A stretch of 64,000 bases of DNA from Bacteriovoracia bacterium (GCA_050246755.1 JBFWVL010000005.1:32001-96000); one strand, 5' to 3'; counted from the stretch's first letter, positions 46,256 through 56,565 are shown. Translations and numbers: made by a program. Notes: generated by a model from the sequence alone, not told the origin.

Positions 46256-47188
46256 ATGAATCACAAAGAGAAGTTCGACAAATTTCGCGCGCAGCTGGAA
46301 GAGCAAGTGATGGGGCAGAGCGAAGCGGTGGAGCTGACGCTAGTGGCGCTGCTCGCGGGCGGCCACGTGCTTCTCGAAGGACCTCCCGGAGTGGGAAAAA
46401 CTGCCTTGGCCCAAGGGGTGGCGGCGCTCTTTCACGGCAGCTTCCGCCGCGTGCAGCTCACTAGTGATCTGTTGCCGAGTGATATCGTGGGCACCTTGCG
46501 CTTACGGCCCGGCAGTGGGGAATTCGAGTTTCGCCGGGGCCCGATTTTCTCCCAGGTTCTGCTCGCGGACGAATTGAACCGCACCAGCCCGAAAACCCAA
46601 GCCGCATTGCTCGAAGCGATGGCGGAAGGCAAAGTAACGGTGGATGGAGTGACCCATCCTTTGCCGGAGCCTTTCTTCGTGATCGCCACGCAAAATCCGC
46701 AGGAGTTCCAGGGAGTATTCCCGCTCTCGGAAAGCCAGCTCGATCGTTTTCTCGTGCACGTTTCGATGGGCCTGCCATCCGCCGAAGTGGAGCTTCGTCT
46801 ATACCAGCGCCACGTGAGCGCGGGATCCGCGGCCAAGCAGGATTTGGCTCTGCTGGAGCCGGCGGAACTTTTGCGCTTGCGCGCGGAGGTGAAAAAAATT
46901 TTCGTGGAGCCGAGTCTCGTGAAGTACCTGCAAGAAATCGCCGCCGCCGTGCGCGGAGCCGAGGATGTGCTCTATGGCGCTTCCGTGCGCGCGGTGCTTC
47001 AGTGGATCGATGCCGCTAAGGCGCGCGCCTTCTTGAGTGGGCGGGATTTCGTAAGTCCGGAGGATATCCGCGTGCTTGCTCCTTCCGTGCTGGGGCATCG
47101 TCTCTTCACCCGCGGTACGGATTTGGCTTTCCGGCTGCGGAAGGAGATCGTGAGCGATGCGCTGGCTTCTGTCGCTGCTCCACAATAA
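46256..47188 (+). CDS. moxR: MoxR-family AAA+ ATPase
   Basis: GHVLLEGPPGVGKT, DLLPSDI, LADELNRTSPKTQAALLEAM, ATQNP, QLDRF. Confidence 0.95.
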   Translation: MNHKEKFDKFRAQLEEQVMGQSEAVELTLVALLAGGHVLLEGPPGVGKTALAQGVAALFHGSFRRVQLTSDLLPSDIVGTLRLRPGSGEFEFRRGPIFSQVLLADELNRTSPKTQAALLEAMAEGKVTVDGVTHPLPEPFFVIATQNPQEFQGVFPLSESQLDRFLVHVSMGLPSAEVELRLYQRHVSAGSAAKQDLALLEPAELLRLRAEVKKIFVEPSLVKYLQEIAAAVRGAEDVLYGASVRAVLQWIDAAKARAFLSGRDFVSPEDIRVLAPSVLGHRLFTRGTDLAFRLRKEIVSDALASVAAPQ

Positions 47189-48038
47189 GCACCGTAAACT
47201 GGAAATTTCGGTGGGCGGGCGCTGGTACCTGCTGTTTACGATCCTGCTCGGCGTGGTGGCGATCTTTTCGGGTAATAACGTAATTTATTTATTAGAAAGC
47301 CTGCTCCTCAGCGCGTTGATCTTGTCGGGCGTGCTCTCCGAGCTCACGATCTCCCGTATCCGCCTTTCGCGGGAACTGGGCCAGGCCGAGGTGGGGCGGG
47401 CGGGCCAGGATTTTTTGGTGGCGGAGAATACCGGGATTTTGCCGCTCTACTGCGTGGAGTTTTTGGAATGGACGGAAACGGGGGAGCAGAACCTCGGCTT
47501 CGCACTGTATTTACCGGGCCGCCGTCGCCAGCGCATCCGTTCCCTGCAGGCATTTTCTACCCGCGGCAAGCATACCTGGCGCGGCTTCGCGATTGCCACC
47601 AGCTTCCCTTTCGGATTTGCCCGCAAGCTCCGCTTCGTGGAAGTTCCGGGAAAACGAATCGTGTGGCCGCGGCGGCCTGAAAATGAATCCGCTGGCCTAT
47701 CGCGGTCGGCCCGGGCGCGGCCGGAGCTGGAGGTATCGCTGGGAGATCTGGAAGAGGTGGGCGCCGCCGACGATATTTCCCGCGTGCATTGGCCCTCCAC
47801 CGCCAGATCCGGGCGCCTGCTGGCGCGACCGATGCGCAGGATCGAATCCGACGAAGAAGTTATTCTTCATTTCCTCCGTTCAGGCCCCGAGATGGAAAAA
47901 GCAATTTCGCTCGCGGCGGGCCGGCTTCGCCGTGCCACGCAAACGCTGATGCTCTACCAGGGCAAGGATTCCCGGCGTATCACCGGGGCTTATCCGGCGC
48001 TCGACGCTTTGGCTCTGCTGCCGAAGGAGCAGGCGTGA
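47157..48038 (+). CDS. DUF58 domain protein
   Basis: SGNNVIYL, TSFPFG, RVHW-STAR; lies between moxR and transglutaminase. Confidence 0.8.
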   Translation: MRWLLSLLHNKHRKLEISVGGRWYLLFTILLGVVAIFSGNNVIYLLESLLLSALILSGVLSELTISRIRLSRELGQAEVGRAGQDFLVAENTGILPLYCVEFLEWTETGEQNLGFALYLPGRRRQRIRSLQAFSTRGKHTWRGFAIATSFPFGFARKLRFVEVPGKRIVWPRRPENESAGLSRSARARPELEVSLGDLEEVGAADDISRVHWPSTARSGRLLARPMRRIESDEEVILHFLRSGPEMEKAISLAAGRLRRATQTLMLYQGKDSRRITGAYPALDALALLPKEQA

Positions 48039-49918
48039 AAATTCCTTTGCGCCGGCTTTTTCCCATCACCGCGCTGGCCTGTGAAGCGCTCAGTTTGGCG
48101 GCCCTTTTCTTAAGCGAGGAGGTTCCCCGCTCCTTGTTCTTTATTCCGCTGGTGATCGGCGCCGCCGCTTTTGTGGTGAAACTAAGGGATCGCTGGCTCT
48201 TGCCGCTCATCGCCTCGGTGGTGATCGCCGGCCTATACGCTGGAGTCCGCTCCGGCTTGCCCACCGCGGTGGTGGTGGCTTTTCCGATGGTGGCGGTGCA
48301 CGCACTCACCTGGCTCGCCCCCGAGCAGGGGCGCTACCGCTACTGGCGGATTGGCCTCGCTTTTCTGGAAATGATTCTCGCTGCCATTCTCGCCCCCGAA
48401 GCGCATATGTTCCTGCTGATCTTTCTTTTCGTGATCGTGGTTTCCCTCACGCTTTCTTTTGGTTTTCTCGAGCAGAATTTCGCGAGCCGTGATCCGGCGG
48501 GTCTGAATCGGCCGCTGCGCCCCACCTACTTGGCCGCCGTGCTTTCTCTTTCTTTCGTGATTTTCCTCTCGAGCCTCGCGATCTTTCCCCTCTTGCCGCG
48601 AAAAGAAAACGTGGATATGAATTCTCTGGGGGCGATGCCGGGATATTCGGAAGAGGTAAGTTTTCAGACCGCTACCTTCTATTGGACGGGAGACGAATCT
48701 CGGCCGGTGATGTGGCTTTTCCTTCCTCCGGGAAAGACCTGGGCCGAAGCGGTTCCCTTTGGGTTATTGCGGGGAAAAACCCTGGAGCGGTTCAACGGGA
48801 GAACTTGGCGCCAGGGAAACAGGCGAGGGAACCAGCTTCATTCAGCCGGCGTGTCCGCGATTGATCTCGAGATCTTGCGTGAGCCCATGCCCACCGAGGC
48901 GTTGCCCTCGCCTTACGGCACGGAAGGCATGGAGCTTGCGGGGGAAGCGCGCCCATTTCGCTACGATACCGGGGAATGGTATCAGCCGGCCGGCCGGGGG
49001 CGCCGCCTGAAGTATACCGCTAGGGTCGTTCCCGGCGCCGCCCGGGACCGCGTGGTAGACCAGCGCAGCGCGGAAATGCCGGGAGAGGGATACGAGCGGC
49101 TCGCCGCGCTCGGGCGCAGCTTGCAAAAAAATACCCGCAGCGATCGCGAGCGGGTTACGGCCGTGGTGAAGTATTTTCAGGACGGGAGTTTCCGGGCGGA
49201 GCAAGTGCCGTTGGCGGCCGTGGCGGAAAAAGGATCCAGCCCGGTGGAGAATTTTCTCTTCGAGCGAAAGGCGGGGCACTGCGAATTATTCGCCACCGCG
49301 GCGGCGCTCCTGTTGCGCTCCATGGGCATGCCGACGCGCTTAGTGGTGGGATTCCGAGCGCCGGTTGGCAGCACGGCCTCCGTGCTCACGATCCGGAACG
49401 GAGACGCACACGCCTGGGTGGAGGTATGGACCAGCGAAGGATGGATGGTGATTGACCCCACTCCCGCGATTCCGCTGGAGCAGGCGCGCTGGCAAGCCGT
49501 CCGTGACTTCTACGATTGGGTAACCGCCTACTGGCATCGCTATATTTTAGGCTACGAGTTCGACGCGCTGGCCACCTTGAAATGGGTGGGCGGAGCGGGA
49601 ACGGCGCTCACTGGAATTTTCCTCCTGACGGGAATCTTTCGTGTTTTCCGCCGGATCGCCAATCGCCCGAAAAAGGGGCCGCGGGAAGAGGTGGCGCGGG
49701 TAAGGATCTCAATGCAGAAGCGCCTGGCGCCCGCCGATCACATGTTCCGCGCGAGGCTCACCGCTTTGCCCGGTGGAAAGGAATGGTGGGAAAAGTACGA
49801 GCGGCTCCGTTTTGGGGAAGCTTTACCCAGCGAGGAAGCGATTCGAAATTTCCGGCGGGATTCGGAAATTATTCTTAGAGCCGCTCGAGCAGAACCACCT
49901 GGCCCGCCAGTCCGTTAA
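48035..49918 (+). CDS. Membrane transglutaminase-like protein (TgpA/DUF3488)
   Basis: N-terminal TMs, GHCELFATA, RLVVGF, AHAWVEV, DPTP; GTG start with SD AAGGAG. Confidence 0.88.
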   Translation: MKIPLRRLFPITALACEALSLAALFLSEEVPRSLFFIPLVIGAAAFVVKLRDRWLLPLIASVVIAGLYAGVRSGLPTAVVVAFPMVAVHALTWLAPEQGRYRYWRIGLAFLEMILAAILAPEAHMFLLIFLFVIVVSLTLSFGFLEQNFASRDPAGLNRPLRPTYLAAVLSLSFVIFLSSLAIFPLLPRKENVDMNSLGAMPGYSEEVSFQTATFYWTGDESRPVMWLFLPPGKTWAEAVPFGLLRGKTLERFNGRTWRQGNRRGNQLHSAGVSAIDLEILREPMPTEALPSPYGTEGMELAGEARPFRYDTGEWYQPAGRGRRLKYTARVVPGAARDRVVDQRSAEMPGEGYERLAALGRSLQKNTRSDRERVTAVVKYFQDGSFRAEQVPLAAVAEKGSSPVENFLFERKAGHCELFATAAALLLRSMGMPTRLVVGFRAPVGSTASVLTIRNGDAHAWVEVWTSEGWMVIDPTPAIPLEQARWQAVRDFYDWVTAYWHRYILGYEFDALATLKWVGGAGTALTGIFLLTGIFRVFRRIANRPKKGPREEVARVRISMQKRLAPADHMFRARLTALPGGKEWWEKYERLRFGEALPSEEAIRNFRRDSEIILRAARAEPPGPPVR

Positions 49919-50477
49919 CGCGGAATTTTCTTTCCTGTCGGGTGCGCCAGTCTTCGGGAGAAATATAATGGATGATATCCAGCGCCTGCCCAGGATGGCG
50001 GAGTTTTTGCCAGAGGCCGTAAACTATATTCTCGGGAAGGGTGAGGGTGGCGATCGCCCAGAGGCCGCCCGGTTTCGCCACGCGGCGGGCCTCATGGCAG
50101 GTCATATAGAGCTCGTCCATCCGCAAGTATTCTAGGAAATGGGGCGTGAGCAGAAGATCCTGGCTCGAATCGGGAATGGAAATTCCGCTCGCCGGCTCAA
50201 ATGCGGAGAGGGTGATCTGTTCGGGCTTGGCTTCGGCGGGCGCGCGGAATTTTTTTAGGAGAGCGGGTTCGCTATCGAAGCAGCGGTAGTGAGTGGGAGC
50301 CTTTCCGGTGAAAAAATGCGGTGCCAGGGAGCAGGTGCCCGCACCGAGCTCGGTGATGGTCGAGTAGTGTCCTGCGGGCAAGAGTGTGGCGATCTCTTCG
50401 AGCGAACGAGTCTCCAGTAATCCTGCTTTCGCAAACCTCCGGCGATTACCTGCCACCGGCACCTTGAACTGCTGCAT
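49875..50477 (-). CDS. Class I SAM-dependent methyltransferase
   Basis: ELGAGT, EARRVAKPGG. Confidence 0.75.
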   Translation of the reverse strand: MQQFKVPVAGNRRRFAKAGLLETRSLEEIATLLPAGHYSTITELGAGTCSLAPHFFTGKAPTHYRCFDSEPALLKKFRAPAEAKPEQITLSAFEPASGISIPDSSQDLLLTPHFLEYLRMDELYMTCHEARRVAKPGGLWAIATLTLPENIVYGLWQKLRHPGQALDIIHYISPEDWRTRQERKFRVNGLAGQVVLLERL

Positions 50478-50479
50478 CG

Positions 50480-50926
50480 CTACCTTGCCGCCAGCAATGC
50501 GCCCGCGAGGGCCAAGGCAGCGCCGGTAGCGCGCATCGGATCCACGGGCAGCGATTCCACGAAATAGTCCCAGAGGATGCTGGTAAAAATCTGGGCCACG
50601 ATCACGCCGATGAAAACTTTCGTAGCGCCTACGCTTTCAATTGCCCAAGGAGCGGTGGCCACGATGAGAAATCCCAGCAATCCGGGAATAAAAAGCCACC
50701 AGCCGAAAGCAAAGCCATTTTCGCTGGCCTGGTAAAGGCCGGGAATATTTTTCGCGGGGATAAAGCGCAGCCCGAAATAAAAAATCAGAGCACCGAAAAA
50801 TAATATGATTCCGTTGAACACGAGGGCCATCGGAATGCCCATATTCGCGGCGTAGCGCCGGTTCATGGTGTTTTGCAAAACGCCCATCACGCCGATCAAA
50901 AACGGCAGCAGGAATCCGAGCAGCAT
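50480..50926 (-). CDS. DMT-family membrane protein (YdcZ/DUF606)
   Basis: LQ--MN, WWLFIPGLLG, AQ---S-LWD-F. Confidence 0.8.
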   Translation of the reverse strand: MLLGFLLPFLIGVMGVLQNTMNRRYAANMGIPMALVFNGIILFFGALIFYFGLRFIPAKNIPGLYQASENGFAFGWWLFIPGLLGFLIVATAPWAIESVGATKVFIGVIVAQIFTSILWDYFVESLPVDPMRATGAALALAGALLAAR

Positions 50927-51531
50927 TAAGTCACCACCACCACCGTGCCGCGCAGTATTTCACGATAAGCACAGTAGAGCATAAGGATGGAGACGGGGGC
51001 GGTAACCAGGATCCCGATCCCGGCGAGGAGAAAGCCCGACACGAAGAGCAGCGTGGCAAAGAACCAGAGGCCGAATACGGTGAACCAATTTCCTCGCACC
51101 AGCGCGCGGCTGCCTTCGAGCGCTTCCCAGAACGTCTTTTTTTCCTCGAGCACGATCAGTTGCGCGAACGTATAGGAAACAGCTAGGTAGATTCCCGGCA
51201 AGAGGAAGCAAATGAGCCCGATGGTCACGAAAATCGTGCGGAGCAATGCCACCATTAGCAGCTGGGGTGCGAGCGGAAGCACATTTTTCAGTACCGAGAA
51301 GTCGGCTTTGCCATTTTTTCGGTCTTGTTCCGCCAATAAAAATACGCTCGGATAAAAGAGGGGCGTGACCAGGAGGGTCAAGAGTGGGCCCAAGAGCGGA
51401 AGATGAGCGCACACGTAGTAGAGGAGTAGGTAAGCGAGCGTTAAAATCGTGAATACTTCTGGGGCCCGGAGGAAAATATTCCAGGCATCCTGCAGCGCTT
51501 TACCGATATGAATTTCGTAGGTTGACTTCAT
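50926..51531 (-). CDS. Integral membrane protein (DUF975-like)
   Basis: G--CFLLPGIYLAV-Y-F, WEALEGSR-LV-GNWF; start re-called at MKSTYE. Confidence 0.75.
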   Translation of the reverse strand: MKSTYEIHIGKALQDAWNIFLRAPEVFTILTLAYLLLYYVCAHLPLLGPLLTLLVTPLFYPSVFLLAEQDRKNGKADFSVLKNVLPLAPQLLMVALLRTIFVTIGLICFLLPGIYLAVSYTFAQLIVLEEKKTFWEALEGSRALVRGNWFTVFGLWFFATLLFVSGFLLAGIGILVTAPVSILMLYCAYREILRGTVVVVT

Positions 51532-51592
51532 TGTTTTTTCCTCTTCCGTTCTCCATACTATGGGAGAGTTTTTGCAGGACAAAGGAAAAATC

Positions 51593-52666
51593 ATGAAGTC
51601 GAGCATCAGCCTGGTTTGTTTGTTGGTCATCCTAAGCGGCTGCGCCTCCGTTTCCCCGCAGAAAGGCCCCGAGCCGGCCTCGGTGATGCCGGAAAATTAC
51701 GCTTCGAAAGCGGTGGCGCTTTCGCTGGAATGCGTGGACCAAGAGGTTCCTCATTCCTATGATCGTGGCGCTTACCCCAAAGCCAAGATCCTGCACCCAT
51801 CTTTTTACGGATGCTACGACTGGCACTCGGCGGTGCATGGGCACTGGGCGATGCTGCGCCTCCTCGACCAAAATCCCGCCTTGCCCGAACGCGCGGCCAT
51901 CGTGAAAAAATTGAACCGGCATTTATCCCCGAAAAATATTCGCGGGGAGCTCAAGTACCTACAAAAAAATCCATTATTCGAATGGCCCTACGGCGACGCC
52001 TGGCTGTTGCGCCTTTCCCAGGAAGTAGCGCAATCTTCTTTGCCGGAAGCCAAAGCTTGGCGAAAGGCGCTCCAGCCCCTCACGGATTTGATGGTGCAGC
52101 GGTTTATCGAATTATTACCGGGCGAAAAGGAAGCGGTTCGCGAAGGCATGCATGATAATACCGCTTTTGCGCTCACCCACGCCTGGGACTACGCGCAGGC
52201 AGCCGGTGATAAAGCGCTCACGGAATTGATCTTGGCTAAAGCCACGGAGCTTTTCGGGAACGATCGCAATTGCGCGATCGAGAGCGAGCCTGGGGCGCAC
52301 GATTTTATTTCGCCCTGCCTCGTGGAAGCGGATCTGATGCGCAGGTTGATGCCGGCGCAGGAATTTCGCGCTTGGTTCCAGCGCTTCCTGCCCAGAATCC
52401 CGGATTCATTCCTGCAGCCGACGATCCCGAACAACCCTAAAGACTACCAGGAAAGCCACCTGATCGGCCTGCTCTACCAGAAAGCTAGCTCGATGCGGGC
52501 CGTGGCCGCGCGCCTCGGGGAAAATGATCCTAAGCGCACACAGCTGAAGAAAGCCATCGATCGGCACGTGCAGGCGGCTTGGAAACTCATGTTCGACTCC
52601 GGTTACGGCGGCACGCACTGGATCGCCTCGTTCGCAATTTTTTACTATACCGACGCCGGGCTCTAG
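51593..52666 (+). CDS. DUF2891 family lipoprotein
   Basis: Lipobox LSGC; LHPSFYGCYDWHSAVHGHW, FE-PYG-AW, EP---DF-SPCL-EA, Y-G-HW-ASFA. Confidence 0.85.
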   Translation: MKSSISLVCLLVILSGCASVSPQKGPEPASVMPENYASKAVALSLECVDQEVPHSYDRGAYPKAKILHPSFYGCYDWHSAVHGHWAMLRLLDQNPALPERAAIVKKLNRHLSPKNIRGELKYLQKNPLFEWPYGDAWLLRLSQEVAQSSLPEAKAWRKALQPLTDLMVQRFIELLPGEKEAVREGMHDNTAFALTHAWDYAQAAGDKALTELILAKATELFGNDRNCAIESEPGAHDFISPCLVEADLMRRLMPAQEFRAWFQRFLPRIPDSFLQPTIPNNPKDYQESHLIGLLYQKASSMRAVAARLGENDPKRTQLKKAIDRHVQAAWKLMFDSGYGGTHWIASFAIFYYTDAGL

Positions 52667-52676
52667 GGAGATAGGC

Positions 52677-53333
52677 ATGAAAAAAGCGGCAGTAGTGTTC
52701 TGTGGGTCCGGCTATAAAGACGGCAGCGAAATCCGTGAGGCGGTGGGGATTCTCTGGGCGCTTTCGGCGGAGAAAATTTCCGTGCAGATTTTCGCGCCCG
52801 ATGAAAAACAGACGGAGGTGGTAAATTGCCTGACGGGCGAAACCGCACCCGAGAGCCGCAATCAGCTGGTGGAGGCCGCCCGGATCGCGCGGGGAGAGAT
52901 AATTTCGCTCGCTAAATTACGCGCTGGCGATTTCGATCTGCTCCTAATTCCCGGGGGATTTGGCGCGGCTAAAAATCTTTGCAGTTTCGCCTCCGAAGGC
53001 AGCAAGGGCAAAGTGAACGCCGAAATGAAAAGGGTACTGCAGGAGTTTCGCCTGGCCTCCAAGCCGATCGGCGCCGTGTGCATTGCTCCCGCCATCTTGG
53101 CGCTCACCTTCGCCGGAGAAGGTTTGGAGCTCACGGTGGGCGCGCGCTCGGAGGCAGCGGGAGAGATCGAGAAACTCGGCCATACCCACGTGGAAAAAGC
53201 CGCCCACGAATGGCATATCGACCGGGCCAAAAAGATCGGAACGTCACCGGCCTATATGTACGACGCCGCGCCCCTCGACCAAATTTTTCTGGGGATTCGC
53301 GGCCTCGTGCGCGAGCTCAGCCAGCTAGCGTGA
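52677..53333 (+). CDS. elbB: ElbB glyoxalase (DJ-1/PfpI superfamily)
   Basis: G-G--DGSEI-EAV, RN-LVEAARIARG, PGGFGAAKNL, CIAP, SPAYM. Confidence 0.92.
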   Translation: MKKAAVVFCGSGYKDGSEIREAVGILWALSAEKISVQIFAPDEKQTEVVNCLTGETAPESRNQLVEAARIARGEIISLAKLRAGDFDLLLIPGGFGAAKNLCSFASEGSKGKVNAEMKRVLQEFRLASKPIGAVCIAPAILALTFAGEGLELTVGARSEAAGEIEKLGHTHVEKAAHEWHIDRAKKIGTSPAYMYDAAPLDQIFLGIRGLVRELSQLA

Positions 53334-53337
53334 TCAC

Positions 53338-54417
53338 GTGAATGCTTCGCCCGACCGTAAAGCCCTCCTCGTCGTGCTCGCGATCATCGTCGCGCTCGCG
53401 CTCATTTATGCCGGCAAACGCCGCCGGCTCAATTCCGAGTTCGATCGGACGCATCCGCTTACCGCCGCCGCCAGCCAAATCAGCGCGTCGCGGAATCGCG
53501 AGTGGTGCGACGATCAAGTAGCCAAGCGAAGGCTCTACGTTTCGGAGGTGATGGACCGCTATCATCCCAAGATCGCCGGACTATGGCGGCAGCGTGAGCA
53601 GAAACCCGGCAAAGAAGTTCCCACTATTGCCTTGGGGCCAATCCGGCTGCGCGTGAGTGAAGAAAAGAATGCGTCCACCAACCTAGAGTTCGAAGATTCT
53701 TCGTGGAGCTGGGAAGAGGCCTACGGTTCCCTGAGAAAAACTCAGGATGGTCTGCTGAGCGAAAACGAGCTGAAAGAAACTTGGCGCGATGTGGACACCA
53801 TGACCAGCTTTCTCCTGCAAAAAGACTACGGGCGCGTAATGGCGGGCAAGAAGTTTCTTGCCCCCGAGCTTACCGAACAGCTGTTTCGTCCGAACGCGGC
53901 CGTGGAGCGTACGGGAAAACATGAGTTCACGGTGAAACTGGACTCTGGCCCCTTCAGTGCCTACGAAAGCACGCTGGCGCAACTGATCGAGAAGGAATGG
54001 CAAGGCGGAGCGCACCGTGTGCACGTGCGCTGGGTGAAAAACGATCCGGCCGCTTACCGCTTAGAGCCCAATTTGGAATCCGGCCGCTCTTTCGTGAATC
54101 ACCAGCGAAAGGCGATCGTGCTCGAGAATCTGGCTTGGACCAAAACTCTCGCCCACGAGTTTGGCCACGTGCTCGGCTTCGAGGATCACTACTACGTGGT
54201 CTGGAATCCTACGGGATGTTACTACCGGCAGCTTTCTCGCTATGGAGATTTGATGTCGAATTCCCAAAGTGGCCGCGTTTCGAAAAAGCACTGGGAGATT
54301 TTGGAGCAGGCCTATCCGCCGAAGGCGGTGCTGCGGCCCGCGTTCATTTACCTATTTCAGCCGGAAAAACCGCTACACCACGGGCAGGGAAATAACGTAG
54401 GTGGACTGGGAAGATAA
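53338..54417 (+). CDS. Membrane-anchored zinc metallopeptidase (metzincin-like)
   Basis: AHEFGHVLGFEDHY and Met-turn DLMS; N-terminal TM. Confidence 0.78.
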   Translation: MNASPDRKALLVVLAIIVALALIYAGKRRRLNSEFDRTHPLTAAASQISASRNREWCDDQVAKRRLYVSEVMDRYHPKIAGLWRQREQKPGKEVPTIALGPIRLRVSEEKNASTNLEFEDSSWSWEEAYGSLRKTQDGLLSENELKETWRDVDTMTSFLLQKDYGRVMAGKKFLAPELTEQLFRPNAAVERTGKHEFTVKLDSGPFSAYESTLAQLIEKEWQGGAHRVHVRWVKNDPAAYRLEPNLESGRSFVNHQRKAIVLENLAWTKTLAHEFGHVLGFEDHYYVVWNPTGCYYRQLSRYGDLMSNSQSGRVSKKHWEILEQAYPPKAVLRPAFIYLFQPEKPLHHGQGNNVGGLGR

Positions 54418-55431
54418 CTGTTCGAAGGAAAATTGCCCGGAATGAGCGCGGATAACCGATTCGCAAACTGAAAGTGCTTCTTCGCTCATCACGTTTCCGC
54501 CCGTAATCCGAATTTCCACCGAATCGGCTCGTTTGTTCATCATGATGGTGATTTTTCTTTTTTCGCCAGAATCCATCGCATTCATACCCTGATCGAGCAG
54601 CTTCAGCACCACCTGGAGAATTTCCATCGGTCTTACGCGCACCGAGATTTCTTCGTCCATGAGGTCGAGCTCGGATTCCACATTAGCCAGGCGTAATTTT
54701 TCGCGGCTGATCGCCAGTGCGTCGCGCACGATGGTTTGGGGACGGATCTGTTTGGGTTTGGCCCGGCGCGAATAAGAAGCGTAGGTGGAAAGAGTGCGTG
54801 TGACCTCGCTGATGCGGGTGCTGGTTTTGCGCAGCATTTCCACGGCGGCCTCGATCTGCTTCGTATTGATCGGCTTGAGGGGGTCTTGGGATTGCTCTCC
54901 CAGAATTTCCATCTGGATCACGAGGGCGCCGAGCGGAGAATTAATTTCGTGGGCGATTCCTCCGGCTAGCTCGCCGATGGCCGCCATTTCCCGTGCGGAC
55001 GAGGCCGAGACGCGCTGGGCGTCGAGCTCGCGGCGCATGGCGCGGTCTTCGGTGATGTCCTCGGAAATTCCGAGGAGAAAACGGCGGGGTGGATTCGAAA
55101 GCACCAGCGGCACTTTGCGGGTGCGCAGCCAGTACTTTCCTCCGGGAACATGTAGCTCTTCTTCGGGGATCAGAATCGGCCCTAGCGCCTGCATGGTTTC
55201 TTCGTCTTTTTTCCGGAAAAACTCGGCTTGCTGAGGCGGGAAAAGCTGGAAATCGTTTTTGCCCACGGCCTCGGCCGCTTTAATTCCCCAGAGTCGTTCG
55301 GCGTGCCGGTTCCAGAACACCAGGCGAAAATCGTCGTCGGCGTCTTTGCAAAAAACCGCGGCGGGCATTTCGTCCAGGATCCGTCGCACGAATTCGTCGG
55401 AAATGTCGAGTTGGTTAAAGGATTCGAGCAT
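54373..55431 (-). CDS. PAS-domain histidine kinase with degenerate ATPase domain
   Basis: PAS (FCKD...WN..AE...GKND), H-box AHEINSPL; N, G1 and G2 boxes not recognisable. Confidence 0.8.
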   Translation of the reverse strand: MLESFNQLDISDEFVRRILDEMPAAVFCKDADDDFRLVFWNRHAERLWGIKAAEAVGKNDFQLFPPQQAEFFRKKDEETMQALGPILIPEEELHVPGGKYWLRTRKVPLVLSNPPRRFLLGISEDITEDRAMRRELDAQRVSASSAREMAAIGELAGGIAHEINSPLGALVIQMEILGEQSQDPLKPINTKQIEAAVEMLRKTSTRISEVTRTLSTYASYSRRAKPKQIRPQTIVRDALAISREKLRLANVESELDLMDEEISVRVRPMEILQVVLKLLDQGMNAMDSGEKRKITIMMNKRADSVEIRITGGNVMSEEALSVCESVIRAHSGQFSFEQLSSQSTYVISLPVV

Positions 55432-55511
55432 AACTTATCAGGTTCGCCAAAATTCTAGAGCTTGGCCAGGAGAAAATTTAAACGGCATAGTTAAAATTAA
55501 TCTAGCGATGC

Positions 55512-56282
55512 TTAGCTGGGACGCCGGTGCACCCAAATTAACAAGCAGATTCCCGTAGCGATCATTAGGAGGGCCGAAGCCTGAGAAAAGGTGAGCCAGG
55601 CGTATCCCAGAAAACCGTGGGTCAAATCTCCGCGAAAAAAATCGAGGGCAAAACGCAGCCACGCGTAGAAAAATACGGAGAGAATGCCCAAGGTGCCCAC
55701 CGGAAAGCGCCGTAGCTTTAGTTCGCGGAGAAAGAAGAAGGCTAGCAGGAGAAGGGAAAAGGATTCGTAGAGCTGCGTGGGGTGCAGGTGCTCGGTGGCC
55801 AGTTCCGGTGGCACCAGGCGCGAGGATAAATGCACTCCCCAGGGAAGCTGGGTGGGTATGCCGAAGCAGCAGCCGGCGCAAAAGCAGCCGAGCCGGATTA
55901 TTCCCATCGCCAAGGGGAGAACGGGGGAGGCGATATCGGAGCTTTCCAGTATCGGCAGTTTCGAAAAGTACAGAAAGGCGAGAAAAGAAGGGAAGGCGAA
56001 AAAGAAGCCGCCATGAAAGGAAAGGCCGCCCTCCCAGAGCAGGAATCCGTGCAGCCAGCGCCCGGCGAATTCGCTTTGGTGGCCCAGCACGTAGGCTACC
56101 CGCGCACCGAAGAGGCCCGTTACCAGCACCACGAAGATGAGGTCCACGTATTTGCCCACAGGAAGGCCCCGGCGCCTTACCAGCGTGAGCAGGAGAGCGA
56201 TGCCGGCCAGGTGGGCCAGGGCGAGAAATATCCCGTAGGTAGAAATGGGGGGCAGAAAGGGAAGGTGCAGAAAAGGAAGCAT
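55512..56282 (-). CDS. lgt: Prolipoprotein diacylglyceryl transferase family (Cys-rich GCF-GCC variant)
   Basis: GAR--YV, GGLSFHGG, RLGCFCAGCCFG, HPTQLYES. Confidence 0.85.
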   Translation of the reverse strand: MLPFLHLPFLPPISTYGIFLALAHLAGIALLLTLVRRRGLPVGKYVDLIFVVLVTGLFGARVAYVLGHQSEFAGRWLHGFLLWEGGLSFHGGFFFAFPSFLAFLYFSKLPILESSDIASPVLPLAMGIIRLGCFCAGCCFGIPTQLPWGVHLSSRLVPPELATEHLHPTQLYESFSLLLLAFFFLRELKLRRFPVGTLGILSVFFYAWLRFALDFFRGDLTHGFLGYAWLTFSQASALLMIATGICLLIWVHRRPS

Positions 56283-56297
56283 GGTTTATTTTGGCAT

Positions 56298-56333
56298 AAA
56301 AAAAGAGAGAAGCGTTTCCGCTTCTCTCTTTTT
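56298..56333. terminator. Intrinsic terminator after the small lipoprotein
   Basis: A-tract GAGAGAAGCG-TTTC-CGCTTCTCTC T-tract. Confidence 0.88.
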
Positions 56334-56348
56334 GCAAGACCGTTCCTA

Positions 56349-56543
56349 CTAGTTCGTAATGGTCGTAGTAGCGGTAGTGGTTGCCGTAGCGGTAGTGGTG
56401 GTATTCACCGTGTTTACCGAAGTGGCAGTTACCGTATACGCTTGGCCACCGGCTTCGCCGCCTCCGCCTCCGCCGCAAGCCGCAAATACGACCATCGCGA
56501 GAGACAAGCCCACCAGTCCTAGGATTTTTACGTTCGTGTTCAT
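56349..56543 (-). CDS. Small lipoprotein with poly-Gly linker and Thr-alternating tail
   Basis: Strong SD AAAGGGGTGAT, lipobox FAAC, own terminator. Confidence 0.78.
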   Translation of the reverse strand: MNTNVKILGLVGLSLAMVVFAACGGGGGGEAGGQAYTVTATSVNTVNTTTTATATTTATTTITN

Positions 56544-56565
56544 ACTCCATCACCCCTTTTGTTGT

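Noticed and set aside
46256-49918. MoxR-DUF58-transglutaminase as a novel system
   Set aside because: A well-known, widespread gene trio
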